Origin: Candidatus Sulfomarinibacter sp.
GTDB lineage: Bacteria; Acidobacteriota; Thermoanaerobaculia; Thermoanaerobaculales; Sulfomarinibacteraceae
Reading direction: 5' to 3'
DNA: 64,000 nt
Assembly: GCA_041560205.1 (NCBI GenBank)
Contig: JBFFBV010000015.1
Coordinates: forward strand, 1,571-65,570
Both the position numbers and the translations under genes were made by a program. Shown here one piece after another: positions 36,377 through 45,058 of the stretch (position 1 is the first letter of the stretch; every line of letters starts with the position of its first letter). The notes beneath the pieces were generated by a model. That model worked only from the letters and a program-made list of their open reading frames with translations, had not been told where the DNA came from and ran no database searches.

Positions 36377-37308
36377 GTCCGGTGAGCGACCCGATGGTCC
36401 GATTCGAGGGCTTCGCTAAGTGCTACGGCTCCCTCGAAGCGGTCAAACCGCTCGATCTGGAGATCGCGGAGGGGGAGTCCTTCGCGCTGCTCGGGCCCAA
36501 TGGTGGCGGCAAGACGACGGTGCTGCGCGCCCTCGTCGGACTGCAGTCCCCAACCGACGGCAAGATCTTCGTCGCCGACGTCGACATCACCGCACAACCC
36601 GACGAGGTGCGGAGGCTCTTCGCCTACGTCCCGCAACGGGTGACAATGCCCGACGTGCTCACCGCGCACGAGATCCTGACGACCTTCGCCGGGTTGCGGG
36701 GCATGAGCGAAGATCGGGTGGCCGAGGTGTTGAATCTGCTGGCGCTGACGGATGACGCCGATCGACAGGTCGGTGAGTTCTCCGGCGGTATGGTGCAGCG
36801 CCTCGGGCTCGCCGCAGCACTGCTCGAAGAGGTTCCCCTCCTGGTGTTGGACGAGCCGACCCTCAATCTCGACCCGCAGGGCATCGACAGCCTGCACCGG
36901 GTGCTCACCGAGCTCAACAACCGGGGCACGACCATTATCTTCTCGTCCCACAGCATTCACTCCGCCGTCCAGCTCGCCGACAGGGTCGGCGTCATGGTCG
37001 AGGGCGCTCTCGTGGTGTCGGAGCCGGTCGCGAAATTTCAGGCCGAGGTCACCCGCCAGACGACGGTCCGGGTGGTCCTCGACCGGCTCGATGACGCGAT
37101 TCTCCACGCGGCCCAAAAAGCCGGCGCCGATGTGCGCGAGTGCAACGCGACCCACGTGTCGTTCCGGGCCTTGCCGGAGGCGAGGCTCGAGGTGATTCGG
37201 GCGATCGAGAAGGCCGGAGGCACGATCGAAGAGTTCCACACCGAGGCGCCGGGTTGGGAATCGCTCGTGCAGACCCATTTCAACGGCGGGGGAGAGAGGC
37301 ATGAATGA
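36373..37308 (+). CDS. nosF: NosF ABC-type ATPase
   Basis: ATGA overlap with nosD. Walker A GPNGGGKTT, signature SGGMVQR, Walker B LLVLDEP. Confidence 0.88.
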   Translation: MSPVSDPMVRFEGFAKCYGSLEAVKPLDLEIAEGESFALLGPNGGGKTTVLRALVGLQSPTDGKIFVADVDITAQPDEVRRLFAYVPQRVTMPDVLTAHEILTTFAGLRGMSEDRVAEVLNLLALTDDADRQVGEFSGGMVQRLGLAAALLEEVPLLVLDEPTLNLDPQGIDSLHRVLTELNNRGTTIIFSSHSIHSAVQLADRVGVMVEGALVVSEPVAKFQAEVTRQTTVRVVLDRLDDAILHAAQKAGADVRECNATHVSFRALPEARLEVIRAIEKAGGTIEEFHTEAPGWESLVQTHFNGGGERHE

Positions 37309-38074
37309 GCATGGCCGCGCACCGACCCGGACCGCACATGCGATCGCCATCGTGCTGCTGCCGGTGATCGCCGTTGGGTGCGTCGGCGAGCCGACACCAC
37401 AGATCACGAGCGGCATCGACGGTTGCGCGAGCTGCGGTATGGTGATCGACCGTGGCAACGAGGCCGCCGGGTGGGTCGACGGACGGGAGTTCATGCCATT
37501 TTGCTCCCCCGGCTGCCTGCTGACCGAGTACGATGCCCTGCGCCACTCGGACCGTCCGAAGCCGCAGACCCTGTTCTTCGCCGACTACAACTCCGGCGCC
37601 TTCTCGACCTCGGCCGAGACCGCATTTCTGCTCACCGACCACGTGCCGACGGTGATGAGTGGACGCGTGGTCTGCTTCGGCTCACTGGCCGCCGCCGACG
37701 CCATGCGCCAGCACGACGACGAGACCGTCACCGACTGGACCGGCTTCCGCATCCGACGTGGAACTCCGGACACGGTCATCGAGGCGGTCTTCGGACCCGA
37801 CGGCATGGTTCCCGATAGCGTCGTCGCGAACAAGGGCGATATCGTCCTGTGGCGTTACTCAGGAGAGGACCTGACCCAAGACATGGCCTGGACCATTACG
37901 GGATATCCGGAGGTCGAGCCTCCGCTCGTGACCGCATCCGGTGAAACAGCCGAGGTCAGGTTCATGGCGACGCGGCCCGGCGCGGGTTTCCCGATCGAGC
38001 GTGCCACCGGCGGCAAGCCGCTCGGCATGCTCAAGGTGAGCGGCGCCCACACCCTGGACGAGGCGGCCCAATGA
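37301..38074 (+). CDS. nosL: NosL copper-chaperone lipoprotein with about 100-aa C-terminal extension
   Basis: Lipobox AVGC. The NosL core is DGCASCGMVIDRGNEAAGWVDGREFMPFCSPGCLL. Residues from about 150 to 257 are additional and look cupredoxin-like in beta-strand pattern but contain no Cys or His. Confidence 0.75.
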   Translation: MNEHGRAPTRTAHAIAIVLLPVIAVGCVGEPTPQITSGIDGCASCGMVIDRGNEAAGWVDGREFMPFCSPGCLLTEYDALRHSDRPKPQTLFFADYNSGAFSTSAETAFLLTDHVPTVMSGRVVCFGSLAAADAMRQHDDETVTDWTGFRIRRGTPDTVIEAVFGPDGMVPDSVVANKGDIVLWRYSGEDLTQDMAWTITGYPEVEPPLVTASGETAEVRFMATRPGAGFPIERATGGKPLGMLKVSGAHTLDEAAQ

Positions 38075-38898
38075 GGTCGGCGGTACTGCAGATCGCGCAC
38101 CAGGAGTTTGCACTCCACCGACGCAACCGCTGGGTCGTTTCTTTTGCGATCCTGTTCGCCTCACTCAGCCTCGCGGTCGCGTACTTCGGAATGATCACCT
38201 CCGGCTACACGGGCTTTCAGGATTTCGTCCGTACCTCGGCCAGCCTGATCAACCTGGGCGGGTTTCTGCTGCCGCTTTTCGCGCTGCTGCTCGGGGTCTT
38301 CAGCTTCCTCACCGATCGCGAGTATCTCGAAATCCTCGCCACCCAGCCCGTTTCCCGCCGCGGCATCCTGCTCGGAAAATACCTCGGTCTGTTGATCTCG
38401 GTCCTCGCGGCCGCCGCCCTCGGTTTCGGTCTCCCCGGCGTGGTGATCGCGACCGCAATCGGCGTCGAGGGCGCCGGGACCTACCTCGTGGTCGTGTTCT
38501 TTTCCTGTCTGCTGGCGGCCGTCTTCACGGGGTTGTCGGTCCTCATCGCGCTGCTCGCCGGACGACGACCGGTCGCACTCGGCGTCGCGGTCGGTGTGTG
38601 GATCGTCTTCGAGCTCGTCTATGGGCTGCTGATGTTGGCGACAACCCTGTACCTGCCACCAGCAATCGCGAAAAACGTGCTGCTCGTCGGTCTCGGCGGC
38701 AATCCGATCGACGTCGTACGGGTGCTCTGTCTGCTCGAGGTCGGAGGCCCACACCTCTTCGGCCCGGCCGGGGCGACCCTGGTCAAACTCACCGGGTCAA
38801 GCGCTGTCACCATGGTCATCGGGCTCGCTCTCATCGGCATATGGATCGTGACCCCGGTGCTTCTGTCCATCCGGGTATTTCAGAGGCAAGACCTCTGA
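38071..38898 (+). CDS. nosY: NosY ABC-2 type permease
   Basis: ATGA overlap with nosL. Six-TM ABC-2 permease pattern. Operon context with nosD and nosF. Confidence 0.85.
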   Translation: MRSAVLQIAHQEFALHRRNRWVVSFAILFASLSLAVAYFGMITSGYTGFQDFVRTSASLINLGGFLLPLFALLLGVFSFLTDREYLEILATQPVSRRGILLGKYLGLLISVLAAAALGFGLPGVVIATAIGVEGAGTYLVVVFFSCLLAAVFTGLSVLIALLAGRRPVALGVAVGVWIVFELVYGLLMLATTLYLPPAIAKNVLLVGLGGNPIDVVRVLCLLEVGGPHLFGPAGATLVKLTGSSAVTMVIGLALIGIWIVTPVLLSIRVFQRQDL

Positions 38899-39377
38899 TG
38901 GTCGCTGCGAGAACGGCCCGCGTTCGGACCTTGACGTCGGCTGTTCTCGCGTTCCTCATCGCGCTGCCGGTTCTTCAGTTCCCCCCTCTCGGCTCGGCTG
39001 TAGTGACATCGAAGCCGCGGACGACGGTCACGATGTCGTGCGTCGGCTGCTGTGGTTCGAACTGTCAATGCGCCGGCGACTGCTGCGGCGACACCCATGT
39101 CGAGAAGTCGAACCCGGCGCCACCCGCTTGGTCTGTAGCCGAACGAGTTTCACGGGATCGCGATTGCCAGCGGGGCGGCTGGTTGCTGCCCACCGCCACC
39201 ACGAGCTTCCAGCCATGGACCCGGTCCCCCAGAGCACTCCGGCTCGGGATGACGCGGATTCACCTCGTGGAATCGCTCGAGGTCATGTGCCGGTGGCGGC
39301 GCCCGGCGATCTCGCAGAGCAATCCACGTGCCCCGCCGAGCAGCGGCCCCTCGCCCATCGATCGTCTCATCGGTTGA
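38898..39377 (+). CDS. Hypothetical Cys-rich exported or membrane-anchored small protein
   Basis: ATG shares one base with the nosY stop (TGATG). N-terminal RxR plus hydrophobic helix LTSAVLAFLIALPVL, then CVGCCGSNCQCAGDCCGD (8 Cys in 18 residues). Third-codon positions are mostly G/C along the whole ORF. The distal half is Arg/Pro-rich and less convincing. Confidence 0.45.
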   Translation: MVAARTARVRTLTSAVLAFLIALPVLQFPPLGSAVVTSKPRTTVTMSCVGCCGSNCQCAGDCCGDTHVEKSNPAPPAWSVAERVSRDRDCQRGGWLLPTATTSFQPWTRSPRALRLGMTRIHLVESLEVMCRWRRPAISQSNPRAPPSSGPSPIDRLIG

Positions 39378-39457
39378 TCGTTCCACAACGCTGCCCGGTG
39401 CCGGCTCCAGCAGGCCACCGATGGCAAACCGTGTCTGGAACAGCGAAGGGAGAGCTC

Positions 39458-41617
39458 ATGCAAGGGAAGGAGCCTCTATCGTGTCGATTGCGCGTGGCGT
39501 CGATCGTCGTCTGCCTCGCGGCGGTGCCACCGTTTGCTGTCGCGGACGATGAACAGCCGCCTCGCAACCCGGAGGCGCTCACTCAGAGTGAAGAAAAAGC
39601 GGCGCCGATTCCGATCGTCCGCGCCGAAATCGAAGTATTTGGAAAAATCGCCAAAACCCCGGCTGTCACGACCCTGGAGGCAGCCGATCTTCGCAGCGGC
39701 CAGTCGCGAGATGCCGGTGACCTGTTGCGTATCGCACCGGCCGTCAGCTCCGGGCGGATGGGAGGCCACGGACTCGACCCACGAATCCGTGGCCTCGGAG
39801 AATCAAGCATCCGCGTCCTGATCGACGGCGCCGAGATCCATGGTGGATGTCCGAACCGGATGGACCCGCCATCGTCCTTTGCGGCCGCCGAAAGTTACGA
39901 CCAAGTCGTCGTGGTGCGCGGTGTGCAGACGCTTCGCTACGGGACCGCGCCCGGCACCGTGCTGTTCGAGCGGCTTCCCGTTCGATTCTTCGACGACAGC
40001 TGGTGGCGCGCCTCCGCCAACGCGGTTGCCGGCACCTCCAACGACGGTCCGGCGTTCGGAATCAGCGCCGCTGTCGGCACCTCGAAGTTCTCGTTCGATA
40101 TTTCGGGCGATCGTCTCAAAATGGACAGCTACATCGATGGCAACGGCGACGAGGTGGCGTCTGCATTTGACAGCGTCAACGGCGCTCTCGCCCTTGGCTG
40201 GACGCCGGACGCTCTCACCTCGGTTCGTCTTTCGTACGAGCTCAATCGAACGGTTGACGCCCTCTACGGCGGCGCGGCGATGGACAGCCCGGATTCGGAG
40301 ACCGATGCTGTCCGCTTGAGGTTTCGTCGCGATGCCGGCGACGGTGTCGTCGGCCAAATTCGGGGAGACCTCTACTGGACCGACGTGTCGCACGTGATGG
40401 ACAACTTCTCGCTGCGAGAATGGACGGCGCCGATGGCCATGAGCGCACCATCCACGTCGAAATCCACTGGCGGTCGCCTGTGGGTCGATATCGATCCGAC
40501 CGAGCGATTGGAGCTCTCCGCGGGTCTCGACCTCGCCCACAACGATCGGCAGGCGCTTCGCTTTGCCGGTCCAAACCCGGACAGCGTTTTGATGCTGCAG
40601 TCGGTGCTCTGGCCCGAGGTCGACCTCGAACAAAACGGTCTGTTCGTCGAGGGTCGGATGGGCGTCGGAGCCGCCAGCGCACTACGATTCGGCCTCAGGG
40701 GCGACCGCTTCAACGCCAAAGCCGCCGCAAAGGATGTCAAGCCGGCGGGTATGAGCCCCACTCCACGGCAGCTCTGGGAGAGCTATTACGGTCCTGTCGA
40801 AGACAGCTGGGAGCAGCATATCGTCGGTGGTTTCGCCCGCTACGAACACCGTCTGTTGGCACCCAGAATCGGCTTCTTCGCGGGCGTCAGCCGGACTGCC
40901 CGGGCGGCCGATACGACCCAGCGGTTCATGGCCGGCAACAGTTCGATCGCGCCCAAACGGTGGGTTGGCAACCCGCTCCTCGAGGTCGAGATCCACAACC
41001 AAATCGACCTCGGGATCGAGTATGCGGGCTCGACCGGCGATTTCGAGGTGGCGGTCTTCGCCGATGACGTGGACGGCGCGATCCTCCGTGACCGCGCCCA
41101 CGGCCAGCCGGGCATCTTCAAAAACGACAACGCCACGATCTACCGCAACATCGAGGCTCGGAGACTGGGAGCAGAAATCGTGGGCTCCTGGCGAATCGGA
41201 CAGGCCTTCCACGTCGGCGGTGATGCGGCCTTCGTCTGGGCCCAGAATACGACCGATGACCGGCCGATCGCTCAGACACCGCCACTCGAAGGGAGCCTTT
41301 TCGCATCGTGGGTGAGCGGCCGCTTCAGAGCTTCAAGCGCCGTGCGCTGGGCGGCGGAGCAGACGCGAGTCGACGACAATCCCGTGACCGGCAGCGGTCT
41401 CGATGTCGGTCAGACTCCGGGCTGGGTGATCCTCAACCTGTCCGGTCAGGCACGTCTCGGTCTCGGGTTCGGGTTGCTCGCCGGTGTCGACAACGCGTTC
41501 GATCGGGCCTACGCCTATCACCTCAACCGCGACAACTTCTTCGACCCCGCACCGGTGCAGATCAACGAACCCGGCCGCACCTTCTGGCTCCGCCTCCGCT
41601 GGTCGGGCAATGGATGA
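39458..41617 (+). CDS. TonB-dependent outer-membrane copper receptor (OprC/NosA-like)
   Basis: ATG 39458 after GAAGGGAGAG, with a signal peptide. Plug motif IDGAEIHGGCPNRMDPP contains CxxxM, and SHVMD (HxM) lies about 181 residues later. This is the spacing I recall for the OprC copper site. The ORF-track extension to 39038 is rejected. Confidence 0.85.
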   Translation: MQGKEPLSCRLRVASIVVCLAAVPPFAVADDEQPPRNPEALTQSEEKAAPIPIVRAEIEVFGKIAKTPAVTTLEAADLRSGQSRDAGDLLRIAPAVSSGRMGGHGLDPRIRGLGESSIRVLIDGAEIHGGCPNRMDPPSSFAAAESYDQVVVVRGVQTLRYGTAPGTVLFERLPVRFFDDSWWRASANAVAGTSNDGPAFGISAAVGTSKFSFDISGDRLKMDSYIDGNGDEVASAFDSVNGALALGWTPDALTSVRLSYELNRTVDALYGGAAMDSPDSETDAVRLRFRRDAGDGVVGQIRGDLYWTDVSHVMDNFSLREWTAPMAMSAPSTSKSTGGRLWVDIDPTERLELSAGLDLAHNDRQALRFAGPNPDSVLMLQSVLWPEVDLEQNGLFVEGRMGVGAASALRFGLRGDRFNAKAAAKDVKPAGMSPTPRQLWESYYGPVEDSWEQHIVGGFARYEHRLLAPRIGFFAGVSRTARAADTTQRFMAGNSSIAPKRWVGNPLLEVEIHNQIDLGIEYAGSTGDFEVAVFADDVDGAILRDRAHGQPGIFKNDNATIYRNIEARRLGAEIVGSWRIGQAFHVGGDAAFVWAQNTTDDRPIAQTPPLEGSLFASWVSGRFRASSAVRWAAEQTRVDDNPVTGSGLDVGQTPGWVILNLSGQARLGLGFGLLAGVDNAFDRAYAYHLNRDNFFDPAPVQINEPGRTFWLRLRWSGNG

Positions 41618-41968
41618 GGAGGATCATCGAGGGATATCTTCGACAGGTACTGCACGAGGCGCAGGAAACTCCGGCGCACACTCTATTCACCCCCTTCTCT
41701 CAGAAAGGCCCGGCGGGCCGTGCCCGAGGAACCTCTTGTGTGACCCATGGATCCGGTTTACCTGTCGCCCATCTTCTCGGTCGAACGCGCAAAGGGCCGA
41801 CGAGGTCTCCGAGGGCGCAGGCCCACTGGGGCGCTGAAGGCGCGCTGCGACCGGGGACTGACGGGTCGACAAGATACCGCTCTTGGAGAACCGGCGGACC
41901 GAGCGCGCGAGGCCGAGATCTCTGATCGCGGTCGTGGGCCGTCAGTCGGGCACGGCAACGGGCTGGAG

Positions 41969-43270
41969 CTAGTACAGAGGAAACTTGGCGGTCAGGGCGT
42001 GGACTTCGGCTTTGACGGCTTCCATCTCTGCGGAGAAGGCCGCCATCTTGGCCTCGTCCTCCTTGTCCTCGTCGGCCCGCAGGACGCGATCGATCAACTC
42101 GCCGATCTTTTCCATCTCCGCAGGGCCCATGCCGCGGGTCGTAATGGCTGGAGTGCCGATACGAAGACCGGAGGCGATGTAGGGTTTTCGGGTGTCGAAG
42201 GGCACGGTGTTCTTGTTGACGGTGATGTCGGCCAGCCCCAGCCAACGCTCGGCCTTCTTGCCGGAGATGAAGTCGGCACCGAGGTCGATCAGGAAGAGAT
42301 GGTTGTCGGTGCCGCCGGAAACGATCCGCCAGCCGCGCTTCTTGACCGCTTCACACAGTGCCGCCGCGTTCTCGATCACACACCGCTGGTACGCCTTCCA
42401 CTCGGGCTGCATGGCCTCGGCGAAGGCAACCGCCTTGGCGGCGATGACGTGCATCAGCGGTCCACCCTGGATCCCTGGGAAGAGGGCCTTGTCGATCGCC
42501 TCGGCCCAGTCGGCGCCGCAGAGGATGATGCCGCCGCGCGGGCCTCGCAAAGTCTTGTGGGTGGTCGAGGTCGTGAAGTGGCAGTGGGGCACCGGCGATG
42601 GGTGGAGGTCGGCCGCGACGAGCCCGGCGATGTGAGCGATGTCGGCCATCAGCAAGGCGTCGGCTTCGTCGGCAATGGCCCGCAGACGCTCGAAATCTAT
42701 CGTCCGCGGGTAGGCGGACGCGCCGCACACGATGAGCTTGGGTTTGTTCTCGAGCGCGAGCTCCCGCAGGCGCTCGTAGTCGATGGTCTCGCTCTCCTTG
42801 TCGACGCCGTAGGCCACGACCTCGAACTCTTTGCCCGAGTAGTTGAGTGGATGGCCGTGGGTCAGATGGCCGCCGTGGGTGAGGTCCATACCGAGCATCG
42901 TGTCGCCCGGCTGCATGACAGCCAGGTAAACCCCCATGTTGGCCTGCGCGCCGGAGTGGGGCTGGACGTTGGCGTGCTCGGCGCCGAAGAGTTCTTTAAC
43001 GCGCTCGCGGGCGAGATCTTCACCGACGTCCACGTACTGACACCCGCCGTAATAGCGGCGGCCGGGATAGCCCTCGGCGTACTTGTTGGTCATCACGGAA
43101 CCCATGGCGGCCAGCACCGCCGGCGACACGAAGTTCTCCGACGCAATCAGCTCGAGGCCCTCGTTCTGGCGGCGCCGTTCATCCTCGAGCGCCTGCGCGA
43201 CGGGCGGATCGGCCGCCGCCACGAGCTGGTCATGAACCGAAAAGAACTGCTCCTTGAGGCTGTCGGCCAT
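41969..43270 (-). CDS. glyA: Serine hydroxymethyltransferase
   Basis: ATG 43270 shares a base with the rpiB stop. [30 protein letters not shown] and [12 protein letters not shown] (PLP Lys) motifs. Confidence 0.95.
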   Translation of the reverse strand: MADSLKEQFFSVHDQLVAAADPPVAQALEDERRRQNEGLELIASENFVSPAVLAAMGSVMTNKYAEGYPGRRYYGGCQYVDVGEDLARERVKELFGAEHANVQPHSGAQANMGVYLAVMQPGDTMLGMDLTHGGHLTHGHPLNYSGKEFEVVAYGVDKESETIDYERLRELALENKPKLIVCGASAYPRTIDFERLRAIADEADALLMADIAHIAGLVAADLHPSPVPHCHFTTSTTHKTLRGPRGGIILCGADWAEAIDKALFPGIQGGPLMHVIAAKAVAFAEAMQPEWKAYQRCVIENAAALCEAVKKRGWRIVSGGTDNHLFLIDLGADFISGKKAERWLGLADITVNKNTVPFDTRKPYIASGLRIGTPAITTRGMGPAEMEKIGELIDRVLRADEDKEDEAKMAAFSAEMEAVKAEVHALTAKFPLY

Positions 43271-43701
43271 CAATCCTCCCGCTCGATTTTTTCGACCCGC
43301 CGTTGGTGACGACCACCCTCGAACGGGGTTTCGAGAAAGATGTGCACAACCTGTTCCGCCACGCCCGACCCGGTCGACCGCGCACCGACGCAGAGCACGT
43401 TGGCGTCGTTGTGGCGGCGCGCCATCTCGGCGGTAAACGCGTCGTGACACAACGCCGCCCGCACCTGCGGATAGCGGTTGGCGGCCAGGCTCATGCCGAT
43501 TCCGGTGCCGCAGATGAGGATGCCTCGCTCGGCGTCGCCGGCCACCACCGCCCGCGCCACGGCGTGCGCGAAGTCCGGATAGTCGACCGAAGAGGTATCG
43601 GATGGACCGAGATCGCGCACCTCGTGTCCCGCTTCGCGGACGAGCTCGACGACCCGTGCTTTCAGATCGACTCCGGCATGGTCCGACGCGATGACGATCA
43701 T
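43270..43701 (-). CDS. rpiB: Ribose-5-phosphate isomerase B
   Basis: 143 aa with [23 protein letters not shown] and NVLCVGAR motifs. Confidence 0.92.
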   Translation of the reverse strand: MIVIASDHAGVDLKARVVELVREAGHEVRDLGPSDTSSVDYPDFAHAVARAVVAGDAERGILICGTGIGMSLAANRYPQVRAALCHDAFTAEMARRHNDANVLCVGARSTGSGVAEQVVHIFLETPFEGGRHQRRVEKIERED

Positions 43702-43714
43702 GAATCCCTCCCCC

Positions 43715-45058
43715 TCAGACGGCCGAAAGATCCTGGTCCGGCGACGGCAGCTGCAGATTGCGGTACTCCTCGAGGGCGAAGCGATCGCTCATACCGGCGA
43801 GGTGGTCGACGATGAGCCGCGCGAAGCCGGGGGTCGCATGGTACCGCTCGGCGACAGTTCCCGCAACGCGTTTCAACGGAAGGTCACGGAGATAGGGGAG
43901 ATCGAGCTCCTCGGTCGCGCGCATCAGGAGATAGTCGGGCAGGGTGGCAGGGGCCGACCAATAGGCGGCGAACAGCGCCGTCATCACCTTTCGCGCCCGC
44001 CAGTCCTGGCGACTGACCGGCCCTTGGTTGATGATCCGGGCATAGATGAACTCCTTGAGCCCTGCGAAGAGCTCTGCCACCTCGTTCGAAAGCCAGACCG
44101 TCGTCTGCGAGACCTCGCGAGCATGGCGAACGAAGCCCTCGTGATCGGTGATTTCGTGGCCTTCGAGGAACCGTTTGATCCGCTCGGCCGAGGCGCCGAC
44201 AACGTCTGACACGAAGAGACGGATGAGGCCTCGAACCAGGGTGTTCTGCCGGATCCAGCGGTGCTCGGAAAAGTACCGCTCCGGGCCGATCTCCTCGATC
44301 ACTCTTCGCGCGACCGCCAGCTCTTCGACCGTTTCCAGCTGTACGGAGCGCGCCCGCAGCCCGTCCTCGAGATCGTGTGTCTGTTGCGCGATCTCGTCGG
44401 CCACCGCCACCGCCTGGCCCTCGAGGTGGCACGGCTGGTCGAGGAAGAGACCCGCGCGGTCCGGGACCGGAAACGGATAGTCCACCTTCCACGAGGTGTG
44501 CTTGAGGATCGCCTCGCGGACCTGGTCGCTCAGGTTGAGTCCCGGCAGCTCGTAGCGTCGCTCGAAGAGATCAACGACACGCAACGATTGGTAGTTGTGT
44601 TTGAAGCGGCCGACCTCACCGACGACGGACTCGGGGAGCGTCAGATGGGGGTTTTCACCGCTGAGGATCTCGTCGAGCACCGTCTCGCCGGTATGACCGA
44701 AGGCCGTATGTCCGAGATCATGCCCCATGGCGGCCGCCTCCGCGAGGTCTTCGTTGAGACCGAGGGCGCGGGCGATGGTGCGTGCGAGTTGGCCGACCTC
44801 GAGCGTGTGGGTCAGCCGCGTGCGCGGGTGGTCGCCCACGTGTGGCACGAAAACCTGCGTCTTGTGCTTGAGACGCCGGAATGCTCGCGCATGAAGGATC
44901 CGGTCGCGGTCCCGTTGGAACGCGAGCCGAATGTCCGACCCATCTTCCTCCACCTCCCGGCGACGGGTTGCCTCGGATGAACGAATGGCGAACAGGGAGA
45001 GGCGCCGCGCCTCGTCGGCCTCCAACGCAGCCCTCCGACGTAGGAAATCGCCACTCAC
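43715..45058 (-). CDS. dgt: dGTP triphosphohydrolase-like HD protein
   Basis: GTG 45058 with GGAGG 6 nt upstream, overlapping the folC stop (GTGA). RTRLTHTLEVGQLAR and GHDLGHTAFGH HD motifs. Confidence 0.85.
   Translation of the reverse strand: MSGDFLRRRAALEADEARRLSLFAIRSSEATRRREVEEDGSDIRLAFQRDRDRILHARAFRRLKHKTQVFVPHVGDHPRTRLTHTLEVGQLARTIARALGLNEDLAEAAAMGHDLGHTAFGHTGETVLDEILSGENPHLTLPESVVGEVGRFKHNYQSLRVVDLFERRYELPGLNLSDQVREAILKHTSWKVDYPFPVPDRAGLFLDQPCHLEGQAVAVADEIAQQTHDLEDGLRARSVQLETVEELAVARRVIEEIGPERYFSEHRWIRQNTLVRGLIRLFVSDVVGASAERIKRFLEGHEITDHEGFVRHAREVSQTTVWLSNEVAELFAGLKEFIYARIINQGPVSRQDWRARKVMTALFAAYWSAPATLPDYLLMRATEELDLPYLRDLPLKRVAGTVAERYHATPGFARLIVDHLAGMSDRFALEEYRNLQLPSPDQDLSAV

Noticed and set aside
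39038-39457. Upstream 140 codons of the 859-aa TonB-receptor ORF
   Set aside because: The signal peptide and a good RBS occur at ATG 39458. The upstream translation is Arg-rich, lacks any receptor features and overlaps the Cys-rich ORF frame.
41829-41880. tmRNA-like 5' motif GGGGCGCUGAAGGCGCGCUGCGACCGGGG
   Set aside because: The resemblance to the tmRNA 5' end is superficial. There is no tRNA-like 3' end (T-arm or CCA-proximal acceptor), and a tmRNA of about 350 nt would run into the glyA coding region.
41747-43309. 520-aa ORF on the + strand
   Set aside because: It is antisense to glyA, which has a PLP-lysine motif and full-length SHMT pattern. This is a shadow ORF.
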